A stretch of 64,000 nt of DNA. Source: Burkholderiales bacterium. Its GTDB lineage: Bacteria; Pseudomonadota; Gammaproteobacteria; Burkholderiales; CAIKXV01. The notes under the pieces are model-generated. The model was not told the DNA's origin, made no database searches, and saw only the letters and a list, made by a program, of their open reading frames with translations. The stretch is taken from the NCBI GenBank assembly GCA_044340265.1, contig JBIITW010000003.1, positions 169 to 64,168 on the forward strand. The letters run 5' to 3'. Below are positions 56,519 through 64,000 of the stretch, piece by piece. How positions within the stretch are numbered: position 1 is the first letter of the stretch; every line of letters starts with the position of its first letter. The position numbers and the translations under genes were made by a program.

Positions 56519-59500
56519 CATCCGGCCGTGCGATCCGGGGTCGACTGGCGCACCTGCTGGCGCGCCTGCTGGCGCGGCGGCTGGTGCAGTTGCTGGTGCC
56601 CGCGATCCTGGCGGTGGCGGTGGCGGTGGCGGTGGCGTCGCCGGCCCGGGCCCAGCACTACCTGCGCGCGACCGGCGTACCGACCTCCGACCTGTCGACG
56701 ACCGCGCCCGCGACCGCGACGCTCGCCAACCATGATCCGGGGCGTGATTCAGCGGCAGGCCTGCTGCTGCAGAAAGGCGGCAGCGGCGCCACCGAGTCCG
56801 ACAGCCGGCGCTACCAGCGCTGGATGGGTCGGCCCGGCACGATGGTGCTGTCCGGGGAGTACCGACTCACGCTCTGGAGCGCGATGAAGGACTTCCGGAC
56901 TTCAAGGCAGGGGTCGGTGACCGCGTTCCTGCGCGACTGTGCCAGCAACGGCACGCAATGCACGCCGATCGCGACCGCGTCGCGCACGCTGTCGAACTGG
57001 TCGGGAGGATCAACGACCTGGGTCGAACGCACGATCGATTTCGCGGCGATCAACTACACCCTTGCGCCGACGCGCGTGCTCGAAGTGAAGATCATCGTCG
57101 ACGACCGCAGCGACGACGACATGCTGTTCGCCTATGACACCACGACATTTCCCTCCCGCCTGTCGGCGCATTCATCCTCGCCGGTGCAGGCGTTCCGCAA
57201 TGGCAGCTTCGAACTGTCGGCCTCCGACCCTGGCCAGTTCAACACCCTGTCCTCGGGCAGCACGGGCATCACCGGCTGGACGGTGATCGGCAACGACATC
57301 AACCATATCGGCACCTACTGGAGTTCGTCCGAGGGGCGACGCAGCGTCGACCTGGTCGGCGAGCAGGGCAGGGGCGGCGTCAGCCAGACCTTCTCCACCA
57401 CGCCCGGAACGGTCTATGAGGTCACGTTCGACCTTTCCGGGAACGCCAATGCCGGCCCGACCATCAAGCCTCTCACCGTCTCCGCCGCGGGGATCAGCCA
57501 GGCCTTCACCTTCGATGCCACGGGACGATCGAACGGCAACATGGGATGGTCGACCCGCACCTTCACCTTCACCGCCACCGAGGCGGTAACCACCCTGTCC
57601 TTCCTCAGCGACACCGGGTCTGACTGCTGTGCAGGCGCCGCGCTGGACAACGTGCGGGTGACGGCACGCACGCCGGTGAGCACCGGCGGAAGCTTCAACG
57701 CCTTTGAAGCCGCGACCGCGGCGGGATCGACCAGCGGCGTGATCCAGACCAAGGTCTCGGGCGTGAAGTTCAGCCTCGCCATCGTTGCGCTGAATGCCGG
57801 GCGCACGGCTGTCGATACCGCCTACACCGGAACCGCAAGCGTGACCCTGCTCGATGCAAGGGACAACTCCGGCGCGCTCGATGCCAACGGCTGCCGGTCG
57901 AGCTGGAGCGCGATCAGCACGACTGCAACATCGGTCACCTTCGCTGGCGGCAACGCCGGCCGCCTGAACGCAGGCCTTGCCGAAAGCAACGCCTGGCGCG
58001 AACTGCGGGTACGGATCGCCGCCGGCAACCGCATCGGCTGCTCGACCGACAGTTTCGCGGTGCGGCCGGCCGGACTGGTCGTGTTCGCGCTCGATGCCGA
58101 CTGGCAGACCGCCTACACGATGACCGGCACGCCACGCAGCCTGAACAACACTGCCGCGAACGGTGGCGTGGTGCACGGGGCCGGCAGGCCGTTCACGGTC
58201 AGTGCCTCGGCGGTCAATTCCGGCGGCGTGTTCCTCGCCGGCTACGATGGCTTCCCGACGGTGCGCAGCGGCAGCCCGACCTGCGTGCTGCCGGTCGGCT
58301 GCACCGCCGGCATCCTGTCATTGCCTGGCTGGGTGCAGGTCAGCGGCGGCACGATGCACGCGAGCGCGGCCACCTACAGCGAGGTCGGCACGTTCACGCT
58401 GCAGCTCGAGGACAGCTCGTTCGCGGCGATCGACGTGAACGACACCGACCTCGCCACCCGCACCATCCCGCAGAGCGGGGGCGCAACCACGGTCGGACGC
58501 TTCGTGCCGGTGGGCTTCGAACTGCAGCCCAGCGGCGCCGCGCCACTGCTGCGCACGATGAATGCCACCGACGCTTCGTGCAGCGCGTCGCCAGCCAGCA
58601 TGCCGCGACGGTCGTTCACCTACGTCGGCCAGCCGTTCGGCTTCGCCGTGCGACCGACGGCGACCATCCTGCCGCGCAACGCGGCCGGCGCGCTCACGGT
58701 CAACTACCGGGGGCCCCTCTGGAAGATCACCAGCGACCACATCGTGCGCCAGCTCACGGCGAACGACACCCTGCCCGCAGGCCAACCGGTGCTGGTGACC
58801 ATCGGCGGCGTCGCCCCCGCCGACGTGGTGAGCAACGGCGACGGGACAGGCCGCGTCACCACCAGCGCGCTCGACGCCATCCAGTACACCCGCAATGCAG
58901 CGACGCCGCAGGCGCCATTCACGGCCCGCATCACGACCGCGATCTGGATCTCGGATTCCACGGAAGGCGGCGTCGCCGGCAATCCGGCCACGATAGGCTC
59001 CGCGCTGACGCGCGCCTGCTTCAATGGCGGCGGCACCTGTGCCGTCCCCGGCGCGGGGATCGCCTTCGACTCCGCGGTCAGCGGCTTCCCGGGCAACGAG
59101 TTCCGTTACGGCCGGCTGCGCCTGGCGAATGCCAACGGATCCGAACTGATCGCGCTGCCGGCCCCGGCACTGGCCGAATACTGGAACGGTTCGGCATGGG
59201 TCTCGAACGCGCGCGACTTCTGCACCACCATCGATGCGGGCCGGGTCACGCTGTCGAACTGGCAGCGCAACCTGCAGGAGGGCGAAACACGGGTGGCATC
59301 GGCCGGGACGATGTACGAGGGCCGCCGCAGCATCGTGTTCCTTGCACCCGGAGCCGGCAACAGCGGCAGCGTGGACCTCGCGATCGACCTCGTCGCGGCC
59401 GGCCTGCCCTGGCTGCAGGGCGCATGGACCGGCGGCAGCCACGACCGGAATCCATCGGCGCGCATGACCTTCGGCACGGCCTCGGCACCCTCGCCGATGA

Positions 59501-59523
59501 TATTCAGGCGCGAGCGCTACTGA
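56515..59523 (+). CDS. mshQ: MshQ-like large pilus-associated protein with an embedded choice-of-anchor-C/DUF642-like module
   Basis: Last 1002 aa of ORF 55570..59523. The ATG at 56515 overlaps the upstream stop (ATGA). Signal/anchor LLVPAILAVAVAVAVASPARA. Internal module FRNGSFE...GWTVIG...SVDLVG...TVYEVTFDLSGN...ALDNVRV. C-terminal NEFRYGRLRLANANGSE region. Confidence 0.75.
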   Translation: MTSGRAIRGRLAHLLARLLARRLVQLLVPAILAVAVAVAVASPARAQHYLRATGVPTSDLSTTAPATATLANHDPGRDSAAGLLLQKGGSGATESDSRRYQRWMGRPGTMVLSGEYRLTLWSAMKDFRTSRQGSVTAFLRDCASNGTQCTPIATASRTLSNWSGGSTTWVERTIDFAAINYTLAPTRVLEVKIIVDDRSDDDMLFAYDTTTFPSRLSAHSSSPVQAFRNGSFELSASDPGQFNTLSSGSTGITGWTVIGNDINHIGTYWSSSEGRRSVDLVGEQGRGGVSQTFSTTPGTVYEVTFDLSGNANAGPTIKPLTVSAAGISQAFTFDATGRSNGNMGWSTRTFTFTATEAVTTLSFLSDTGSDCCAGAALDNVRVTARTPVSTGGSFNAFEAATAAGSTSGVIQTKVSGVKFSLAIVALNAGRTAVDTAYTGTASVTLLDARDNSGALDANGCRSSWSAISTTATSVTFAGGNAGRLNAGLAESNAWRELRVRIAAGNRIGCSTDSFAVRPAGLVVFALDADWQTAYTMTGTPRSLNNTAANGGVVHGAGRPFTVSASAVNSGGVFLAGYDGFPTVRSGSPTCVLPVGCTAGILSLPGWVQVSGGTMHASAATYSEVGTFTLQLEDSSFAAIDVNDTDLATRTIPQSGGATTVGRFVPVGFELQPSGAAPLLRTMNATDASCSASPASMPRRSFTYVGQPFGFAVRPTATILPRNAAGALTVNYRGPLWKITSDHIVRQLTANDTLPAGQPVLVTIGGVAPADVVSNGDGTGRVTTSALDAIQYTRNAATPQAPFTARITTAIWISDSTEGGVAGNPATIGSALTRACFNGGGTCAVPGAGIAFDSAVSGFPGNEFRYGRLRLANANGSELIALPAPALAEYWNGSAWVSNARDFCTTIDAGRVTLSNWQRNLQEGETRVASAGTMYEGRRSIVFLAPGAGNSGSVDLAIDLVAAGLPWLQGAWTGGSHDRNPSARMTFGTASAPSPMIFRRERY
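56611..56634 (+). repeat. (GCGGTG)4 in-frame hexanucleotide repeat in the mshQ signal-anchor
   Basis: GCGGTGGCGGTGGCGGTGGCGGTG encodes AVAVAVAV within the N-terminal hydrophobic segment. Confidence 0.85.
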
Positions 59524-59550
59524 GGCCCGGCCGGGCGCGCCACCGACCAC

Positions 59551-60804
59551 TCACCATGCCGCGTCGATCACCTCACGCAGCAGGTCCACCTCGCGCACGA
59601 ACTCGCGCTTCGGATCCGCGTTGAAGTTCTTCAGCGAGTCCTGCACGATCAGCGGCAACTGCTCGCGCGGCACCTGCACCGGCAATTGCGACAGTTTCAC
59701 CGGCAGGCCGAGCGCTCGTGCGCGCGCTTCGAACGCATCGGCTGCAAGGTGGTGCGCCTGCGTCGTTTCGTCGCGACCGGCACGGGCATCGAGTGCCCCG
59801 AGCGCGATGGCCATGTTCGCCGTGGCCTGCGGATCGCGCGGGCCGAACGCGCGCATCACGGCGGGGGTCACCGCCGCGTTCGCCTGCCCCTGCGAAACCT
59901 GGGGAAAACGGATGAACAGCGCGGTGGCGAACGCATACGCCACGCGCTGCACCCAGTGCTTGTCGAACATCGTGCCGCCATCGTCGGAATCACGGTTCTG
60001 CAGCCAGGCGGCCGCGCACAGTTCCAGCCGCGGCACCGGGTCGGTCGGTGCCGCGAGCAGGCGCGGCAGCGCGCGGTCGGCGAGCGCGAACGCCTGCCGG
60101 CGATTGCCTTCGACCAGCGGGTTCTGGCGCACCGTGCCCAGGTTCACCAGCGCGCGGCAGAAGATCGAGAAGCCGCTCTCCAGCGCCAGCGACAGCGGCG
60201 CGGTCTGCAGCGCACGGTAGTCCCAGAACACGGCCTGCGGCCGCGTCTTCGGATCGAAGAACTCCATCCGGTGATCGAGTTCCTCGTTGCGGATCGCCGA
60301 TCCTCCGCGATGGGTGGCCGAGGTGCCGACGGTGCAGATGTTGATGATCGGCAGCTTGGCCGCCATCAGCTTCGGGCTGATCGCCGGTCCCTGCTCCGGA
60401 TACTGGGTGATCATCTTCATCACGTCACCCGGCTCGGCGAGCAGGATCGCCACCACGCGGGTCGCCTGCATCACGCTGCCGCCACCGATCGCCAGCAGCA
60501 CGTCGGCCCCCGCCGCGCGTGCCGCATCGCGTGCCTCGACCACGTCCGGATACGGCGAATCCTTGCGCATGCGATCGAACTGACCGGCATACGCAGCGCC
60601 CAGGCGATCGCGCACCAGCGCGACCAGCCCCGTGCGCGTGGCGACCGAGCGGCCACAGACGATGAACGCACGCCTGGCCTTCAGCCGCGCGACCTCACCG
60701 GCCAGCGAATCGAGCGCAAGTTCGCCGCTGTACAGGCGCACTGCAGGCGCCACCGACCGGAAGTCGGTGACGAGTCTTGAACCTTCATCGGTGCTGCCGC
60801 CCAT
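59551..60804 (-). CDS. iron-containing (group III) alcohol dehydrogenase family protein
   Basis: ORF 59551..60804: RAFIVCGRS...LLAIGGGSVMQATRVVA, the Fe-ADH GGGS motif. AGGAGG RBS. Confidence 0.8.
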   Translation of the reverse strand: MGGSTDEGSRLVTDFRSVAPAVRLYSGELALDSLAGEVARLKARRAFIVCGRSVATRTGLVALVRDRLGAAYAGQFDRMRKDSPYPDVVEARDAARAAGADVLLAIGGGSVMQATRVVAILLAEPGDVMKMITQYPEQGPAISPKLMAAKLPIINICTVGTSATHRGGSAIRNEELDHRMEFFDPKTRPQAVFWDYRALQTAPLSLALESGFSIFCRALVNLGTVRQNPLVEGNRRQAFALADRALPRLLAAPTDPVPRLELCAAAWLQNRDSDDGGTMFDKHWVQRVAYAFATALFIRFPQVSQGQANAAVTPAVMRAFGPRDPQATANMAIALGALDARAGRDETTQAHHLAADAFEARARALGLPVKLSQLPVQVPREQLPLIVQDSLKNFNADPKREFVREVDLLREVIDAAW

Positions 60805-60831
60805 GGCCGGCGCCTCCTGGCTGATGCATGG

Positions 60832-60887
60832 CTGGGGTCAGGTCTTGAGTTTTGCATCGTGATGCAAAACTCAAGACCTGACCCCAG
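60832..60887. repeat. perfect 27+27 bp palindrome with a 2-nt centre
   Basis: CTGGGGTCAGGTCTTGAGTTTTGCATC-GT-GATGCAAAACTCAAGACCTGACCCCAG, in the 123-bp divergent intergenic region between the starts at 60804 (-) and 60928 (+). Confidence 0.95.
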
Positions 60888-60927
60888 TTAAGTATACTTT
60901 GCGCCGCACGCCCTAACGGAGCCTCAG

Positions 60928-61746
60928 ATGGCCAGCACGCTCGCAGAACAACCCGCGGTCACCGATTGCACACTCGCGATCGATGGCCGTGTCGCCACCC
61001 TCACCTTCAACCGCGATGACATCCGCAACGCGCTGTCGGGTTCGTCGATCGGCACCGAACTGGTGGACGTGGTCAACTGGGCCAGCGCCTGCCCGGACAT
61101 CTCGGTGCTGGTGCTGACCGGTGCCGGCTCGGCGTTCTCCGCGGGCGGCAACGTGAAGAACATGAAGCAGCGCACCGACGTGCCGGTGCACGAGGTGCAG
61201 CAGAACTACAAGTCGGGCATCCAGCGCATCCCGATGGCCCTGCACGAGTGCGAGCTGCCGGTGATCGCCGCGATCAACGGCCCGGCCATCGGCGCCGGCT
61301 TCGACCTGACCCAGATGTGCGACATCCGGATCGCGTCGACCGAGGCCCAGTTCGGCGAGACCTTCGTCAACCTCGGCATCATCCCGGGTGACGGCGGCTC
61401 CTGGTTCCTGACCCGCGCAGTCGGCTACCAGCGTGCGGCGGAGCTCACCTTCTCGGGGCGGCTGATCAAGGCCGACGAGGCGCTGTCGCTGGGGCTGGTG
61501 CTGGAGGTGGTGAAGCCGGAAGAGTTGCTGGCGCGTGCGCAGGACATGGCACGCCGTATCTCGTACAAGCCGCCGCAGGCACTGCGCTATTCCAAGCGCC
61601 TGCTCAAGCTGTCGCAGCGCATGCCGCTGCCCGAGTACCTGGACATCTGCTCGAGCTACCAGGCGCTGTGCCACAAGACGGAGGACCACGCCGAAGCGCT
61701 GCAGGCCTTCTTCGAGAAGCGCCGCGGCGAGTTCAAGGGGCGCTGA
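60928..61746 (+). CDS. enoyl-CoA hydratase/isomerase (crotonase) family protein
   Basis: ORF 60928..61746: VLVLTGAGSAFSAGGNV...AAINGPAIGAGFDLTQMCDIRIAS...ETFVNLGIIPGDGG. Confidence 0.9.
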   Translation: MASTLAEQPAVTDCTLAIDGRVATLTFNRDDIRNALSGSSIGTELVDVVNWASACPDISVLVLTGAGSAFSAGGNVKNMKQRTDVPVHEVQQNYKSGIQRIPMALHECELPVIAAINGPAIGAGFDLTQMCDIRIASTEAQFGETFVNLGIIPGDGGSWFLTRAVGYQRAAELTFSGRLIKADEALSLGLVLEVVKPEELLARAQDMARRISYKPPQALRYSKRLLKLSQRMPLPEYLDICSSYQALCHKTEDHAEALQAFFEKRRGEFKGR

Positions 61747-61749
61747 GCG

Positions 61750-62460
61750 ATGCGTGCGTTCGCCCCCCTGTGCATGGCCATGGGCCTGTCGCTGGCGCTG
61801 CTTGCCGCGCCCGCTGCAGCACAGGAAGCGCCGCTGCCGCCGGTCGATGCCGGCGCCAAGGATGCCTCCTGGGTGCAGTTCCACAAACGGCTGCTGGCCG
61901 CGGTCGAGCAGCGAGACGTGAAGTTCCTGCTGTCGATCCTCGACCCCAAGGTGCGCAACAGCTTCGAGAAACCCGACGGCGTGAAGGCCTTCGTCGAGCA
62001 GTGGGACCTCGACACCCCGGCGAAGGCGAAGGATTCGCCGCTCTGGACCGAGATGCGCTCGATGCTGCGCTTCGGTGCCGCGCCGGTCGAATCCGCGACC
62101 GGCGAACGCCTGCTCTGCCTGCCGTACGTGGCGGTGACCTTCCCGCCGACGATCGATCCGTACCTGTTCGCCGCGGTCGTGGTCGCCGATGCCCCGGTGT
62201 TCGCGAAACCGTCGACCCAGTCACCGATCGTGGCCAACCTGTCGCACCAGATCATCGGCGTGGAAGACTGGGACCTCGAAGACGAGGCGAAGTCGCCGCA
62301 ACGCTGGGTGAAGGTGGTGCTCAAGCAGGGCGGCGGATACATGGCCTCAGAGCATGTCCGCAGCGCGATCGAGGCCCGCGCCTGCTTCACCCGCAGCCGC
62401 GGCAAGACACCGAATGCCGGTCCCTGGCGGATGATGTCGCTCACCGTCGGCGGCGGTTGA
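61750..62460 (+). CDS. secreted hypothetical protein
   Basis: ORF 61750..62460. Signal peptide MRAFAPLCMAMGLSLALLAAPAAAQ. Tightly packed between the crotonase and GNAT genes. No family recognised. Confidence 0.6.
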   Translation: MRAFAPLCMAMGLSLALLAAPAAAQEAPLPPVDAGAKDASWVQFHKRLLAAVEQRDVKFLLSILDPKVRNSFEKPDGVKAFVEQWDLDTPAKAKDSPLWTEMRSMLRFGAAPVESATGERLLCLPYVAVTFPPTIDPYLFAAVVVADAPVFAKPSTQSPIVANLSHQIIGVEDWDLEDEAKSPQRWVKVVLKQGGGYMASEHVRSAIEARACFTRSRGKTPNAGPWRMMSLTVGGG

Positions 62461-62462
62461 GC

Positions 62463-62981
62463 ATGGTTGCACGGGCAGCCGGCTTCGTGGTCCAGCGCGC
62501 CGGCCCCGAGGACGCCCCGGCCATCTCCGAGCTCTGGTTCCGCCACCTCGCGGAAACCAGCGGCGGCGTCGACCCGACATTCACCCCCGCGCTGACGCCG
62601 CAGAAGGCAACCGCACGCCTGAAACGTGCGCTCGCCGCCGGCTCGCTGCTCGGCTGGATCGCGCGCGCCGAGGGGCAGTCACGCCTTCAGCTCGCCGGCT
62701 ACCTCACGGCACGGGTGCAGGTCGAGGATCCGCTGTTCGGCGACACCTTCGAGTACGAACCGGTGATGTACATCGTCGATGTCGACGTGGAACAGGCGTT
62801 CCGCCGCCGCGGCCTGAGCAGCCTGCTGATGGAGCATGCGTCGGAACATGCACGACGACAACGGATCGGAACGATCGAACTGGCGGTGGTGGTGCGCGAC
62901 GACCGGGCCGTCGCTGCCTGGAAGAAGCAGGGCTTCGAGCCCCGGGTCGCGGTGATGCGCAAGGCGGTGGCGAAGCGCTGA
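62463..62981 (+). CDS. GNAT family N-acetyltransferase
   Basis: Last 172 aa of ORF 61668..62981, ATG at 62463. The acetyl-CoA motif is VEQAFRRRGLSSLLMEHASEHARR (Q/RxxGxG/A-like). Confidence 0.75.
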   Translation: MVARAAGFVVQRAGPEDAPAISELWFRHLAETSGGVDPTFTPALTPQKATARLKRALAAGSLLGWIARAEGQSRLQLAGYLTARVQVEDPLFGDTFEYEPVMYIVDVDVEQAFRRRGLSSLLMEHASEHARRQRIGTIELAVVVRDDRAVAAWKKQGFEPRVAVMRKAVAKR

Positions 62982-62992
62982 GCCCGGCACGG

Positions 62993-63403
62993 TCAGTAGG
63001 TCATGCACGCCGCGTTCAGCAACCCGGCCGCCAGGGACATCGCGCCGAGGAACAGCCCGTGCGCGACCTTGCCTTCCGGGATGCCGGTGACGATGCCCGG
63101 CATCGCGAGCCGCACGCCGACGTACACCAGCAGTTGCACCACGAAGGCGACCGCGCCCCAGGACAGCATGTCGACCAGGTTCACGCTCTGTGCGACCGAA
63201 CGCGCGAGCGGCACGACGAAGCCGAACAGCGCGCCGGCCAGGCTGCAGGCTGCGGCGACGTTGCCCTCCCGGATCAGCACCAGTTCCGGATAAGGCGTGA
63301 TCCGGATGTAGATCGCGATGAACAGCACCACCATCGCCAGCGTCGCGACGAAATAGGTCAGGAAGGCCGGCACGCCCAGCATCGATTCGAACAGCACGCC
63401 CAT
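62993..63403 (-). CDS. DUF350 domain-containing membrane protein (YjfL-like)
   Basis: ORF 62993..63532, start at MGVLFESMLGVPAFLTYFVATLAMVVLF. Four TM segments. Neighbours a glutathionylspermidine-synthase-like gene, as in the yjfL-yjfC arrangement. Confidence 0.75.
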   Translation of the reverse strand: MGVLFESMLGVPAFLTYFVATLAMVVLFIAIYIRITPYPELVLIREGNVAAACSLAGALFGFVVPLARSVAQSVNLVDMLSWGAVAFVVQLLVYVGVRLAMPGIVTGIPEGKVAHGLFLGAMSLAAGLLNAACMTY

Positions 63404-63432
63404 CGGGTTTCCTCGTTCTGTTGGTGGTCGGT

Positions 63433-64000
63433 TCAGGAGAACCAGTGCGGAATGAAGCGACTGCTGTTGCGGGTGATCGGTGATCGATCCTCGCGGATGC
63501 CCATGCCGGCCGCGCGGTCGCCGACGATCCATGAACCGATCACCGGATAGCGGTCGTCGAAGCGCGGCAACGGTGCATAAGCCTGGTAGATGTAGCCCTC
63601 GGCGCCATAGATGCCGCCTTCATGATGGTCGCCCTGCGCCGAGCGGATCGTCACGTTGGCCCCCTCGCGCGAATAGAGGGGCTTCTTCACATGGCTGGAC
63701 GCCCAGCCACCGCTGCCGCCGTCGAGGCCGCCCGGCTCGAAGCTCGCCGCCAGCAGGTTCGGGTGGTCGGGGAACAGTTCCCACAGCAGCGGCAGGATCG
63801 CCTTGTTCGACAGCAGCATCTTCCACGGCGGCTCGATGAAGGCGGTGCCGCAGCCGGGGATGAGTGGCCCGAATGCCTCGCGCAGCATCCACTCCCAGGG
63901 ATAGAGCTTGAACATCGCCCGGATCGGATGGCCGTCGAGATCGACGAAGCAGCCGCCCTGACCGCCAGCACTGCCGTCCGCCTCGCCGATCCGCGGCGCC
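63433..64000 (-). CDS. glutathionylspermidine synthase family protein (YjfC-like); 5' end beyond window
   Basis: ORF 63433..63915, and the frame stays open to the right edge: KLYPWEWM...NKAILPLLWELFPDHPNLL...KKPLYSREGANV...IGSWIVGD, typical of the GSP_synth preATP-grasp family. Confidence 0.8.
   Translation of the reverse strand, partial: APRIGEADGSAGGQGGCFVDLDGHPIRAMFKLYPWEWMLREAFGPLIPGCGTAFIEPPWKMLLSNKAILPLLWELFPDHPNLLAASFEPGGLDGGSGGWASSHVKKPLYSREGANVTIRSAQGDHHEGGIYGAEGYIYQAYAPLPRFDDRYPVIGSWIVGDRAAGMGIREDRSPITRNSSRFIPHWFS

Noticed and set aside
55570-59523. A 1317-aa ORF as a single giant MshQ
   Set aside because: The first 315 codons overlap the MshO- and MshP-position genes in another frame and are Arg/Pro-rich. 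The ATG at 56515, overlapping the upstream stop and followed by a signal-anchor, is the plausible start.

Overview
GC-rich chromosomal segment (about two-thirds G+C by eye, not computed). Gene content and synteny suggest a betaproteobacterium of the Rhodocyclales/Burkholderiales type; that placement is inference. I call about 68 protein-coding genes. I recognised no rRNA, tRNA, CRISPR array, transposase, integrase or phage gene. Many long ORFs in the track are antisense or read-through shadows typical of high-GC DNA.

Most of the window is core housekeeping in conserved arrangements:
- typA.
- dacC-like/dat/ybeD ... lipB/lipA.
- hsp20, then argB/pyrimidine nucleotidase/slmA.
- moeB, C-terminal protease, envC, gpmI, divergent from rhodanese/grxC/secB/SH3/gpsA. 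This is the same neighbourhood as E. coli gpsA-secB-grxC-yibN | gpmM-envC.
- trmL.

Accessory content:
- A 9.7 kb MSHA-type type IV pilus operon (49828-59523).
- Four dispersed PEP-CTERM/VPxPA-CTERM cargo genes.
- Small catabolic/redox clusters: aldehyde dehydrogenase, IorAB-like molybdo-hydroxylase plus methyltransferase, Ldh2-family oxidoreductase, FAD oxidase, CocE/NonD hydrolase plus transglutaminase plus maiA.
- Regulators of the GntR, LuxR, MarR and SlmA types.

No multi-gene system of clearly new type (defence, toxin, secretion) is evident. The most unusual signals are non-coding or architectural:
1. A mirror-image pair of 111-nt long-stem hairpin elements with a conserved 57-nt core and compensatory stem divergence, one in front of each gene of a divergent pair (4771-5087).
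2. A perfect 27+27 bp palindrome that fills a divergent promoter region (60832-60887).
3. An MshQ-like pilus protein that carries an embedded choice-of-anchor-C/DUF642-like module.
4. An in-frame 21-bp x5 tandem repeat that extends the lipA C-terminus.
5. A SET-domain methyltransferase with a histone-H1-like Lys/Ala tail, inserted in the lipoylation cluster.

All coordinates were derived by hand. Start codons are the least certain part of each call.
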